In this document: piece by piece, positions 46,160 to 56,189 of the stretch
Numbering within the stretch: position 1 is the stretch's first letter
How the letters are laid out: every line of letters starts with the position of its first letter
Source of the DNA: Atopobium sp.
GTDB lineage: Bacteria; Actinomycetota; Coriobacteriia; Coriobacteriales; Atopobiaceae
DNA length: 64,000 nucleotides
Reading direction: 5' to 3'
Assembly (NCBI GenBank): GCA_015258765.1
Contig: JABZHQ010000001.1
Coordinates: 26,820 to 90,819 of the forward strand
Notes under the pieces: generated by a model
What the model saw: only the letters and a program-made list of their open reading frames with translations
Told to the model about the DNA's origin: nothing
Database searches by the model: none
Position numbers and translations under genes: made by a program

Positions 46160-47629
46160 TTACTTGCGGTTACGGCCACCAAGGGAGTAGCCAAGGTTCT
46201 CCCAGAAATCAATCTGGACATCTTCGCCCTCGTCCCAAACCTTGAGCAGGTCCTCTGGAACGTACTGACGACGAACATCAGCCTCGCCGCCGTAGAGGCG
46301 GAACCAGTCTGCGCTCATGATGAGGTAGCCGTCCTTACCGGAGTCCTTACCCCAGCTGTTCTCAATGCGCCACTGCTTAGCCTTACCGTCCTTATCAAGC
46401 TCAACGCCCTGGAAGGTCATTGCGTGGGTAAGGGAAGTCTCATAGTTCTCAATCATTGAGGCACGATCCATGTCAAAATCAACGCCAAAGAGGCCGTTGT
46501 AATCCATGGTGTCGGTTGAGAGAACGTAGTTGAAGTCCTCATTGTGGCGAGGGAACTCCTGCATAACGTCGCAGGCCATGCAGACAGGGTTGCCGTCCTT
46601 CAAAGAAGCAATGGTAGCTGCCTCAAGAACCTCTGGCTCAACGTTTAAGAAGCGAGTCTTAATGCCGCCTAAAACGGTATCGATGAAGGTTGGGTGATAC
46701 ACCTTGCCGTAAGGATACTTCTTGCTTGGAACAGAAATGAGCTGGACAAAGCCACGAGGATCAACGCCACAATAGCGCTCAGCAAACTCAAGAGGAGTGA
46801 TGCCAAAGTCGCGAAGAATCTGGGTACCTTCCTCGTCCTTCTCGCCGTCCTTCTTGTCCTTGTTGTCAGAAGCCTTGCTTGGCTCAACAGGAGAAAGCTT
46901 TGCCTTATCTACCTGTGCGTTTTTGCCAACCTTGCACTCAAAGTCAAAGGTCAGAGGTGGCTCGCCAAGGCAGACGGAAAGGATCTGGTGGAAGCCCTTG
47001 AGCTGCTCCTGCTTAAGCGCACGAAGCTCGTCTTGAGACTTACCAGCTGCGTATGCTGCGCGAAGCTCGCCAGCACTCTTTCTGAACAGGCGGTCAATGC
47101 GCTCATCCATCTGTGTAGAGTTCTTGGAGCATGCAGTCTCTGGCATGGCATCCTTAGGAACCAGGCCATACTTCTCAACCAAGCTCATAGCGAATGAGTA
47201 GTAGCCGCCATCGCCAATACCCTCGGTCAGAAGCGTGTTGACAACACGAGAATCGGTTGGCTGGTTAGCGGTCTGAATGATGTACTCAAGTGCAGAGTTT
47301 GCCTTCTCAAGCTTGTCGTAGAACATGCCGTATGCCTGGCTGAACTCAAAGGTATCAACGTCAAGCTTTTTGATTGCCTCCTGGCGAAGCACGTTGAAAG
47401 AAGAGAACATCCAGCAGCGACCGCTCTGACGCTGGTTGGTGACGTCGCCCGTCTTTGCAACAGCAACACCGTAGGTGTCAGCGTAGGTGCGCATGGTGGT
47501 GATGTCGCGAGCAGCTGCGGAAACACCCATAGAGGTTACGGAATTGCGAGCAACGCGATTAGCACGGTCTGCACTAAATGCAGCGGTTTCCTCGTTTGCC
47601 CACTGTGGATTTACGGTCTGATCAGCCAT
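46160..47629 (-). CDS. pepC: Aminopeptidase C (bleomycin hydrolase-like, peptidase C1B)
   Basis: 489 aa; 'NQRQSGRCWMFSSFN' active-site Cys motif, C-terminal His/Asn region. Confidence 0.88.
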   Translation of the reverse strand: MADQTVNPQWANEETAAFSADRANRVARNSVTSMGVSAAARDITTMRTYADTYGVAVAKTGDVTNQRQSGRCWMFSSFNVLRQEAIKKLDVDTFEFSQAYGMFYDKLEKANSALEYIIQTANQPTDSRVVNTLLTEGIGDGGYYSFAMSLVEKYGLVPKDAMPETACSKNSTQMDERIDRLFRKSAGELRAAYAAGKSQDELRALKQEQLKGFHQILSVCLGEPPLTFDFECKVGKNAQVDKAKLSPVEPSKASDNKDKKDGEKDEEGTQILRDFGITPLEFAERYCGVDPRGFVQLISVPSKKYPYGKVYHPTFIDTVLGGIKTRFLNVEPEVLEAATIASLKDGNPVCMACDVMQEFPRHNEDFNYVLSTDTMDYNGLFGVDFDMDRASMIENYETSLTHAMTFQGVELDKDGKAKQWRIENSWGKDSGKDGYLIMSADWFRLYGGEADVRRQYVPEDLLKVWDEGEDVQIDFWENLGYSLGGRNRK

Positions 47630-47664
47630 TGCGGCTCCTTTTGTTTGTAGCGTTTAGAAAAAAC

Positions 47665-47692
47665 CTGGCGAGAAGACCGATCTTCTCGCCAG
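47665..47692 (-). terminator. Terminator between tandem pepC genes
   Basis: perfect palindrome CTGGCGAGAAGA-CCGA-TCTTCTCGCCAG, T-run on minus strand. Confidence 0.7.
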
Positions 47693-47704
47693 ATGGTTTG
47701 TGCC

Positions 47705-49063
47705 TTAGCGAAGCGTTGCAAGAGAGCCCATTGGGTCCCATGGCTCGAGGACGGTTGCTTCCTCGGTCTCAAAGGTCTTGAGCTGCTCAGGAGTGAGGTA
47801 CTTCTTGTCAACAACAATCTGGTAGACGTACTCGTCAAACCAAGGGTCAGAAATGGTGTCAAAGCCATCGCGACCGTGGTCTTTACCCCAGCTGTTCTCA
47901 ACCTTCCAGAGGGTAGTGTTGCCTTCTGCGTCAAAGTTAACGCCCTCAAGAACCATTGCGTGAGTCATCAGAGACTCACCGTAGTCAAGGCGCTCAGCAC
48001 GGTCAAGTGCGCCCTCAACAGGGAAGCCAAAGAGGCCGTCAACGTCAAGCGCACGGGTGTCCATGATGCCCTCTTCGCGAAGGTAGGACTGAGCAACATC
48101 GCAACCAAACCAGACAGGCAGATTGTCCTTGAGCTGAGCCACTGCGAGGCGCTTGAGCTCAGGAATCTCAAGGTTGAGGTAACGAACGCCGCCACCCTCA
48201 ACAACGTTACCCAAGCGCGAAACGGTATAGGTGTGGTTGAAAGGCTTATCTGCGGTTGGTGCAGAAATGATTGAGATGTAATCATCAAGATTCATGTCAA
48301 CAGTCTCAGCGAAGAACTCCTGAGGAGTAAAAGTGCCAGAAAGGGCGAGGTTGTCGTCCTTATCGCGCAGGCGTGCCTCAAAAGATACAGGAGGCTGACC
48401 CAAGCAAGTTACCAGCAGCGTGTAGACGTCCTCCATCATCTCTTTCTTCATCTCGCGCAGAGACTCAAGGGATTCACCAGCTGTTGCGGTCTCACGAAGA
48501 CGCTTTGCAGCACTACGAAGATAGCGGGTAAGGTACGCGTCCATCTCGTGGGTGTTGCAAGAGTTAGCAGTCTCTGGCATAGCGCTCTTTGGAACTACAC
48601 CATACTTCTTTACAAGGCTCTTAAACATATCCCACTGGCCACCGTCGCCAATTGGATCGGTGAGCAGGAAGGATACAAGACGGCCATTCAGAGGCTCATC
48701 AAGGGTGTCCAAAATGTTCTCAAGGAACCAGTTGGACTTCTCCATCTTGTCCCAGAACAGTGGGTATGCCTGAGAAAGCTCAAAGGTAGATAGGTTGTAT
48801 TTCTTGATGATGCGATATCTAAACGTATTGAGTGATGCAAACATCCAACAACGACCAGAACGCTTCTGATTAGTACGGTCACCCTGCTTTACCTCAACAT
48901 CAAAGGTAAGAGGATTGAGGGCAACACCTTCTGGTACACGAGCTGCTTTTCTAACACCAGCGCTGGTAGCAGCATTTTTAGCTACTGTGTGAGCGCGGTC
49001 GGACTCAAAGTTCTTCTGAGCCGCTGCAATGTCGTCAAAGGAAATGCTTTTCATCTGATCCAT
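47705..49063 (-). CDS. pepC: Aminopeptidase C paralog (peptidase C1B)
   Basis: 452 aa; 'NQKRSGRCWMFASLN' active-site motif; ~40-50% identical to downstream copy by eye. Confidence 0.88.
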   Translation of the reverse strand: MDQMKSISFDDIAAAQKNFESDRAHTVAKNAATSAGVRKAARVPEGVALNPLTFDVEVKQGDRTNQKRSGRCWMFASLNTFRYRIIKKYNLSTFELSQAYPLFWDKMEKSNWFLENILDTLDEPLNGRLVSFLLTDPIGDGGQWDMFKSLVKKYGVVPKSAMPETANSCNTHEMDAYLTRYLRSAAKRLRETATAGESLESLREMKKEMMEDVYTLLVTCLGQPPVSFEARLRDKDDNLALSGTFTPQEFFAETVDMNLDDYISIISAPTADKPFNHTYTVSRLGNVVEGGGVRYLNLEIPELKRLAVAQLKDNLPVWFGCDVAQSYLREEGIMDTRALDVDGLFGFPVEGALDRAERLDYGESLMTHAMVLEGVNFDAEGNTTLWKVENSWGKDHGRDGFDTISDPWFDEYVYQIVVDKKYLTPEQLKTFETEEATVLEPWDPMGSLATLR

Positions 49064-49390
49064 GTGATCTCCTTAACTGGAATAGGTAATACAAAAACTA
49101 TATTCCCAATTAAGGTGTCCCTAGTCTAAGAGTTACCAGTTTGAAACTTTTATTTTGAGAAATTTTTGAACGGATGGTCTACGCCAACTAAGAGAGATTT
49201 TGTGACGTTATGAAATTGGCGAGAAAATATTTTCATCCAATTTACCAGCGGCAATAGAAGTATTAGCACATAGAACATATGTTTGTATTAGTAGTTATTG
49301 TCCGGCGAATCGGCTACACTATACAAAGAAATTAAGAGCCCTTGGTAAAAGAACAAATTTTGAAGCACAAAGAGAAGAGCGTAGAAAAAG

Positions 49391-52300
49391 ATGGCATTTG
49401 TTCACCTCCACAACCACTCAGATTTTTCCATTCTTGATGGAGCTAGCCGTGTCCCAGACATGGTTAGTAAAGCTGTAGAGTTTGGTATGCCAGCACTTGC
49501 TCTTACTGATCATGGGTATCTCTTTGGAATTCCAGATTTTGACCTTGCATGCCGCAAGTACAATGAGGCGCTTAAAGACTTTGGCCAGTGGTGCCATGAT
49601 GTGGAATGTTTTGAAAAGGGCTGGGATCTAGAAGAGCCTCCTGCAGATGATCCCAATGCTGGTGAGCATGATAAGGTTCATGCTCAGTGGGCTTCTGACG
49701 TTCAAATTTGGAATCAAACACATGATATTAAGGCAGTAAAAGCCAATAAACCATCCCCACTTATTAAGCCAATTTTTGGCTGTGAAGCTTATTTCATTCT
49801 TGATGATTGTATTGAGAAGGGCACTAAGCAGGTACGTTATCACCTTATCCTGCTTGCTAAAAATGAGACCGGCTATGTCAATCTGATGAAGATGATGTCA
49901 GAGGCGGGCTCAAAAGATATGTTCTATTACAAGCCACGCACTACGCTTGAGATGCTCAAGCGTTATCACGAGGGAATTATCTGCACTTCAGCTTGTGTTT
50001 CTGGCATCATTCCCCGTATGTTGTTTGAAGGTCGTCCAGAAGAAGCAGAGCGTTGGGCAAAAATCTATCAAGATATCTTTGGAGATGATTTCTACCTAGA
50101 GATTCAAGACCACGGTTTGTCTGATCCAAGCTGGGGCGGCTATACCGATAGAACCCTTGCTGAGCGTATTGTAAAGATGGGTCATGACCTTGGTATTAAG
50201 GTAGTTGCTACCAACGATAACCACTATCTCACTAAAGAGGATGCAAGCGTTCAAGATATTGCTTCCTGCATTGGTTCAGGCGCTCGCGTTGATGATGAGA
50301 ACCGCAAGCGCATGACAGGCAGCGAGTTCTACCTTAAGAGTGAGCAAGAAATGCGCCAGATTTTCTCGTGGTGTCCAGAAGCTATCGAGAACACCATTGA
50401 GGTTGCAAATAAGTGCAACTATGAGCTGGACTGGACTCACATGTATCTGCCAAAGTTCCCAGACTTGGCAGAGGGAGAGACCTCAGAGGAGCGCTTTAGA
50501 AAAGAGTGTGAGCTTGGTCTTGCAAGACGTTATGGAGATGATTGGCAAAACGTTGTCATCAACGAGATTAACGTTAAAGACCGTTTTGAGTATGAATATG
50601 ACATCATCTGCAAAAAGGGCTTTGCAGATTACTTCTTGATTGTTCAGGAGTATGTCCGCTGGGCAAAAGAGAATGGTATTGGCGTAGGGCCGGGTCGTGG
50701 TTCTGCAGCAGGCGCTATTGTTGCATACGCTATGGATATTACCTCGTTTGACCCTCTTGAGAATGGCCTCATGTTTGAGAGGTTCTTGTCTCCACAGCGT
50801 TCAGAGATGCCAGATATTGATATGGACTTCGACGATGAGCGTCGTCTTGAGGTTGTTGAGCACGTCCGTCAGATTTATGGATCTGATCGTGTTTCTCACG
50901 TTATTACGTATTCAACCATCAAGGCTAAACAGGCAATAAATGACGCGTGCCGCGTTCTGGGTTACCCCGTTTATATGGGTCAGCGCCTCTCTAAAATGAT
51001 TCCAGGAGATCCTAACGCTCACCTTAAATTTGTTCTTCATAAGGCTCAAGAAGGACAAAAAGGCGCTGATCAGTATTCCGCTGATTTTGAAGATGCGTAC
51101 GAGAATGACCCTGATGCTAGAAGAATCATTGATGCAGCTCTGTCTATTGAGGGCTTGCATCGTGGTGAGGGTGTGCATGCTTGTGCGGTCTTGATTGCTC
51201 CTACGCCTGTAAATGACCACGTTCCTACCAAGGTAGATACCAAGGGCGGCGTAGAAATTACGCAGTACGAGGGCCACTCTGTCGCAGACATGGGCCTTCT
51301 TAAGATGGACTTCTTGGGACTAAGAACTCTAACGGTTATTTCTCGTGCAATCAAAAACGTGAAGGATAACTACGGTATTGATATCGATGTAGATAACATT
51401 CCGTTTACTGATCCAGAAATTTATAGACTTCTTAGAGAAGGTCGAACTGCTGGTGTTTTCCAGGTTGAGTCTGCAGGTATGACTGCAACCATTAAGGGCA
51501 TGAGACCAACAGAGTATAAGCACATCGTCGCACTTATCGCTCTTTATCGTCCTGGTCCTCTTAACGCAGGTATGGTTACCAGCTATATCAACCGTATGAA
51601 CGGTAGAGAAGAAGTCAAAGACTACGATCCACGTCTTCACGACATCTTGGAAGAAACCTACGGAACCATGGTCTACCAAGAGCAGGTTATGCAGATTTCT
51701 ATGAAGATGTCTGGTTTTACCGCAGGCGAGTCTGACAAGGTCAGAAAAGCAGTAGCAAAAAAGAAGATCAAACTCATGCAGGAAGTTGTCCAGCACTGGG
51801 ATGACGGTACTGATGAGACCATGGAGGCTCACTGGAAAAACGGCGCAGTTCGTAATGGATTTGATCGTTCGGTTGCAGAAAGCATTTGGGACGATGTTCT
51901 TGAGTTTGCATCTTATGCATTCAACAAGTCTCACTCTGCTGGTTATGCAATTCTTGTTATGCAGACCGCATGGATTAAAGCGCATTATCCACATGAGTTT
52001 ATGGCAGCAGTTCTTACCTCGTACATGGGCAAGACAGATAAGATTGTTCACTACGTAAGCGCTTGCCGTCATGAGGGCATTAAGATTCTTCCGCCAGATA
52101 TTAACGAGTCCGGTAAAGACTTTACGGCTACTAAAGAGGGTATTCGTTTTGGCTTTGCAGGAATTCGTGGCGTAGGAGCTGGTGTTGGTGAAGCTATTAT
52201 GCTTGAGCGTCAAAAGGGCGGCCCTTTTGCCAACATTCACGATTTTGTCGATCGTGTTGATGCAAGCCAGGCAAAGCGCAACGTTGTTGAAGCTCTTATC

Positions 52301-53227
52301 AAGGCAGGAGCTTTTGACTCAACAGGCTATACCCGTATGCAGATGATGAGTTTTGTGGATAAGAACAACCCACAAAACATTATCGATGCTGCTACTAAGC
52401 GTCAAAAAGATAAGGCTGTTGGTCAGTTCTCTATGTTTGATATGTTTGCAGAAGTAGAGGGTTCTGGCTTTAGTGATAGTGTCCCAGAGCCAGATGGTGT
52501 TGAGTGGGATAGGCGATTCAAGCTTACTAAAGAGTACGAGGTCTTAGGCATTTATGTCTCTGATCATCCACTTCGTCCATACGAGTACGCCCTTGCTAAG
52601 AGCAGAGATTATGCCCTTGCAGAAATTGAAGAAAATGTAGAGGTTCAGCTTCCTAACGGTGCTATGTCTCAGCAGTTCAAAGTTCCAGAAGGTAAACCTA
52701 TTCGCTTTGCGGGCATGGTTACTAATGTTATGAAGCGCACTACTAAAAACGGCGACCCAATGGCAATTGTTACGCTTGAAGACATGGAGGGTAGCGTCAC
52801 TATTGTCATGTTCCCTAAGCTCTACAAGAAGGCTGCAAGACTTCTTGCTGGAGATGTTGACCCAGAGACTGGTGAGAGCCAGAGCGACATCTTCATTTCT
52901 GTTCTTGGAAAGCTTGAGCGCTCTGATAGAGGAGACCAGGTTATTGCTCAAGAAGTTAATCCTATTGAGCTTAACAGTGCTAACAACACACCAAAGACAC
53001 TCGTTATTCATATGCCTGCTTCTCAACTTCAAAGACAGGCTATCGAGACACTTGGACAGATCTTCTCGCGCTATCCCGGCATGGACTGTATTGAGATTAG
53101 GGTAGAAACAGACATGGGCGATGTTATGCGCATGGAAATTCCTACCAGAATTGATGGACGTAGTATGGTTCTTTTGACGGAGCTCAAAGATTTTATTGGT
53201 CAAAGCGGATACGCACAGATTGTTTAG
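49391..53227 (+). CDS. dnaE: DNA polymerase III alpha subunit (DnaE1) with ~80-aa insertion in PHP domain
   Basis: 1278 aa; 'FVHLHNHSDFSILDGA' PHP start, 'ALTDHG', 'GCEAY', 'GPGRGSAAG', polymerase palm/fingers motifs, OB-fold C-terminus. Confidence 0.93.
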   Translation: MAFVHLHNHSDFSILDGASRVPDMVSKAVEFGMPALALTDHGYLFGIPDFDLACRKYNEALKDFGQWCHDVECFEKGWDLEEPPADDPNAGEHDKVHAQWASDVQIWNQTHDIKAVKANKPSPLIKPIFGCEAYFILDDCIEKGTKQVRYHLILLAKNETGYVNLMKMMSEAGSKDMFYYKPRTTLEMLKRYHEGIICTSACVSGIIPRMLFEGRPEEAERWAKIYQDIFGDDFYLEIQDHGLSDPSWGGYTDRTLAERIVKMGHDLGIKVVATNDNHYLTKEDASVQDIASCIGSGARVDDENRKRMTGSEFYLKSEQEMRQIFSWCPEAIENTIEVANKCNYELDWTHMYLPKFPDLAEGETSEERFRKECELGLARRYGDDWQNVVINEINVKDRFEYEYDIICKKGFADYFLIVQEYVRWAKENGIGVGPGRGSAAGAIVAYAMDITSFDPLENGLMFERFLSPQRSEMPDIDMDFDDERRLEVVEHVRQIYGSDRVSHVITYSTIKAKQAINDACRVLGYPVYMGQRLSKMIPGDPNAHLKFVLHKAQEGQKGADQYSADFEDAYENDPDARRIIDAALSIEGLHRGEGVHACAVLIAPTPVNDHVPTKVDTKGGVEITQYEGHSVADMGLLKMDFLGLRTLTVISRAIKNVKDNYGIDIDVDNIPFTDPEIYRLLREGRTAGVFQVESAGMTATIKGMRPTEYKHIVALIALYRPGPLNAGMVTSYINRMNGREEVKDYDPRLHDILEETYGTMVYQEQVMQISMKMSGFTAGESDKVRKAVAKKKIKLMQEVVQHWDDGTDETMEAHWKNGAVRNGFDRSVAESIWDDVLEFASYAFNKSHSAGYAILVMQTAWIKAHYPHEFMAAVLTSYMGKTDKIVHYVSACRHEGIKILPPDINESGKDFTATKEGIRFGFAGIRGVGAGVGEAIMLERQKGGPFANIHDFVDRVDASQAKRNVVEALIKAGAFDSTGYTRMQMMSFVDKNNPQNIIDAATKRQKDKAVGQFSMFDMFAEVEGSGFSDSVPEPDGVEWDRRFKLTKEYEVLGIYVSDHPLRPYEYALAKSRDYALAEIEENVEVQLPNGAMSQQFKVPEGKPIRFAGMVTNVMKRTTKNGDPMAIVTLEDMEGSVTIVMFPKLYKKAARLLAGDVDPETGESQSDIFISVLGKLERSDRGDQVIAQEVNPIELNSANNTPKTLVIHMPASQLQRQAIETLGQIFSRYPGMDCIEIRVETDMGDVMRMEIPTRIDGRSMVLLTELKDFIGQSGYAQIV

Positions 53228-53336
53228 ATTTTGTCGATTCTAAATTTGCAGATTACTATTAAGTAATAACTGTTACTATTTAATTAGCACTTACTAAGAA
53301 ATTCTGACATCTTCGGATGTCGTGAGAGGAGAAAAA

Positions 53337-53702
53337 ATGATCGACGCAAAGTTTTATCGTAACAAGGAGACAGGCGCTGTTGTTTACGGTGTCGCAGGTA
53401 ACGTAGAGGCAGCAGACCTTGAGCTTCTCCAGGCTGGCGTTACTGACGCTGCAGCTGAGAAGCACGTTCCATTTGTTACTCGTGAGGGCAACACTGTTAC
53501 CGTCCGTGTTGGTGAGGTTGCTCATCCAATGCTCGAAGAGCACTACATTGAGTTCATTGCTCTTGTTTCTGAGAACGGCGCTCAGTTTGCACAGCTTAAG
53601 CCTGGCCAGGAGCCAGTAGCTACCTTCACTCTTGAGGAGGGTGTTGAGGCAGAGGCTTATGAGTACTGCAACCTTCACGGTCTTTGGAAGGTTTCCCTCT
53701 AA
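53337..53702 (+). CDS. Superoxide reductase (1Fe-SOR / neelaredoxin-desulfoferrodoxin class)
   Basis: 'EKHVP', 'HPMLEEHYIE', 'CNLHGLW' iron-ligand motifs; AGGAG RBS before ATG 53337. Confidence 0.75.
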   Translation: MIDAKFYRNKETGAVVYGVAGNVEAADLELLQAGVTDAAAEKHVPFVTREGNTVTVRVGEVAHPMLEEHYIEFIALVSENGAQFAQLKPGQEPVATFTLEEGVEAEAYEYCNLHGLWKVSL

Positions 53703-53745
53703 GACTGGTTGCTTATTCAACAAGCAAGACTAATCTGTGAATCTG

Positions 53746-53778
53746 AACGGAGCTGCTACCTGCAGCTCCGTTTTTTCT
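53746..53778 (+). terminator. Rho-independent terminator after SOR gene
   Basis: AACGGAGCTGC-TACC-TGCAGCTCCGTT followed by TTTTTCT. Confidence 0.75.
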
Positions 53779-53836
53779 TACTACACCTGTTTGTTTTTGG
53801 GTAAAAACAAATTAAGCACTTTATGATAGGAATGGT

Positions 53837-55624
53837 ATGCGCATAGCAGTTGCACAAATGAATACTCAGGCCGGAGACTTCGAGTTTACCGCTCAGACCA
53901 TGCTGGAATATGCTCAGAGAGCTCAACAGCAAGGTGCTGAACTAGTCATTTATCCTGCGCCAACTCTTACAGGGCTGCTAAGCGTGCCAGAGGCTGACAT
54001 AGAAGGGCTTTTTGCAGACCTCTCGGAGATTATCAATTCGCTTCCAGAAAAGCTTCCAATTGCGGCCCTTATTCCTGTTGTAACAGAGTTTGATGGAAGT
54101 GCAGCGAGCGAGGCTCTTCTTGTTAGAAACGGAGCCGTAACCCCGCTAAAATTGACTGCCCAGATAGCGCACATGAGCGCTCTTGCTCGTTCTGCTAGCT
54201 CTGCACAAACATCTGGCGAGAATACCTTTGAGCTCGCAAAATTTGAAGCAGGCGGCCTTACGTTTGGCGTTGCTTTTACCTACGACGATCTTGACGCGTG
54301 GCAAGATGTCGACGACTCGTTAGATGCTGTCATTTATTTGCCGTATTTTGGCTTTGCTGTTGATGATTCGTCGTCCGCCATGGGCATGGCGGTGGCAGAA
54401 AGCCGCTATCTGGGAGATGTTGAGGAGTTTGATAGCTGGCTTATCGCTGCAAACGCTGTTGGCGCCTATGGTAACCAGGTGTTTTGTGGTTCAAGTTTCT
54501 TCTTGTCTCCTTCAGGAGATTTGGTCAAACAAGCAGCCTCATTCTCAGAAGATATGGTTGTCTGCGAGGTTGACCAAGATACTATCGAAAACTTTGATAG
54601 AGAAGATACTGCGGGTGTCTATAACAGCGCACTTACTACCTGGGGCGTATTGGCTACAGGAGTGCGAGACTACACGGTAAAGTCTGGCTTTGACGGCGTG
54701 TTTATTGCAGTTGATGGCTCGCTCAATTCTCTTGTTACCGTTGCGCTTGCTTCAGACGCTTTAGGTCCTATGCGCGTCCACGTACTGTTGCTTCCAAACA
54801 AAGATTCTCGAGCAACAAGTGCTGCGGAGTTGCTTACCGCAAGACTTCGGGTTAATAAAGTTACTGTGGACAGCACGGTTTTCTCGACATTGACCGATAC
54901 AAAATTGGTGAGTGCATACGGCTATGCATACGCTGACCAGCACAATTATTTAACGCTTGAGACTGCCGATAAAACTATTCTTGCGCTCAAGGGAACAGAG
55001 ATCTCTAGCGCTCACTCTCTGTGGCCGCTGGGAGATATGTATCACGCAGATATTGTTGACCTTGCAAGGGTAAGAAATACCTTCTCGCCAGCTATTGACC
55101 ATGCAGTTCTCGAGAATATCTCTGAGGTTGTAACTGATGGCCTAGAAAACGTTGCGCCAACTCCTCAAGAACGCATCGAGTTTGTTGATTACGTGCTTAC
55201 CAGCTATCTTGAGTGGAATAAGAGCATTTCTGCCATTGTGGAAGAAATGGGAAAGGTTGACGAGGTCAAAGCAATTATTTCTATGCTCCACGCCCGCCAA
55301 AAAGACCGCAGAAATACCACTGAGGTTCTGGAAATGTCTTCAAAGAGTCTTATAAATGCCCAAATTCCACACGCATCAGTCTGGCAAGACAGAATTAGAG
55401 ATACAAAGGCTTCCGAATCCGACCTGGTAGAGTCCTTACGGAATTCTTTGCGAGAAATTCAAGGAGCTTCTATGCATCTACCTGAGTTGTCAGTTGATCC
55501 AACAGAGGCTCAGGAGGGCTTTAAGGATATGCTGGAGCTTTTAAAAGAGCTGGCACAAGAATCTGATGCACAAATTGGCATGGTTGACCCCAAAATGTGG
55601 AGAGGCCCTTTCTCAGAAAATTAG
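53837..55624 (+). CDS. Glutamine-dependent NAD+ synthetase (NadE)-like protein with apparently degenerate catalytic motifs
   Basis: 595 aa; N-terminal CN-hydrolase-like fold then NAD-synthetase-like domain; by eye-alignment nitrilase Glu ('ELVIYPAPTL' vs 'FPELTL') and Cys ('GVAFTYDD' vs 'EICED') positions and PP-loop ('VDGSLNS' vs 'SGGLDS') are substituted. Confidence 0.55.
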   Translation: MRIAVAQMNTQAGDFEFTAQTMLEYAQRAQQQGAELVIYPAPTLTGLLSVPEADIEGLFADLSEIINSLPEKLPIAALIPVVTEFDGSAASEALLVRNGAVTPLKLTAQIAHMSALARSASSAQTSGENTFELAKFEAGGLTFGVAFTYDDLDAWQDVDDSLDAVIYLPYFGFAVDDSSSAMGMAVAESRYLGDVEEFDSWLIAANAVGAYGNQVFCGSSFFLSPSGDLVKQAASFSEDMVVCEVDQDTIENFDREDTAGVYNSALTTWGVLATGVRDYTVKSGFDGVFIAVDGSLNSLVTVALASDALGPMRVHVLLLPNKDSRATSAAELLTARLRVNKVTVDSTVFSTLTDTKLVSAYGYAYADQHNYLTLETADKTILALKGTEISSAHSLWPLGDMYHADIVDLARVRNTFSPAIDHAVLENISEVVTDGLENVAPTPQERIEFVDYVLTSYLEWNKSISAIVEEMGKVDEVKAIISMLHARQKDRRNTTEVLEMSSKSLINAQIPHASVWQDRIRDTKASESDLVESLRNSLREIQGASMHLPELSVDPTEAQEGFKDMLELLKELAQESDAQIGMVDPKMWRGPFSEN

Positions 55625-55685
55625 TTGCATCGTTTGCGCATACTCTGTGATAATATAGAACGAACGTTCTATATTAGGAGGTGCA

Positions 55686-56189
55686 ATGGTAATTCTTGGA
55701 ATAGACCCTGGTCTGGCTCACACTGGATGGGGAATTGTAGAGACAAGGGGTTCTGAATGCCGTGCACGCGCCTATGGATGCATAACTACAACCGCAGATG
55801 AACCAATAGATATGCGCTTGGGAAGAATCTATAACCAGATTGTTGAGGTTATAGATAAGTTTTCACCAGAAGCTCTTTCTATTGAGAGCATTTACTTTGG
55901 ACAAAACGTTAAATCTGCTATTCCTACTGCACATGCTCGCGGTGCTGCTATTGTCGCTTGTTCTAAAGCAGGTCTTACGGTTGGAGAATATACTCCAATG
56001 CAGATAAAGCAAGCTGTTGTCGGTACAGGAGCTGCTGATAAACAGCAGGTTATGTATATGGTTCAAAACATATTGTGCTTGGACCATCAGCCTCATCCAG
56101 ATCACGCGGCTGACGCTTTAGCTGCCGCAGTTTGTCACGCTAATCTTGTAAGAACCACCTCGCTTGGAAAGGGAAGAATACAACTATGA
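55686..56189 (+). CDS. ruvC: Holliday junction resolvase RuvC
   Basis: 'ILGIDPGLAHTGWGIV' catalytic Asp motif; upstream of ruvA/ruvB. Confidence 0.9.
   Translation: MVILGIDPGLAHTGWGIVETRGSECRARAYGCITTTADEPIDMRLGRIYNQIVEVIDKFSPEALSIESIYFGQNVKSAIPTAHARGAAIVACSKAGLTVGEYTPMQIKQAVVGTGAADKQQVMYMVQNILCLDHQPHPDHAADALAAAVCHANLVRTTSLGKGRIQL

Noticed and set aside
51329-53203. 303-aa and 219-aa minus-strand ORFs
   Set aside because: Antisense to dnaE; low-complexity Asn/Cys/Phe-rich products.
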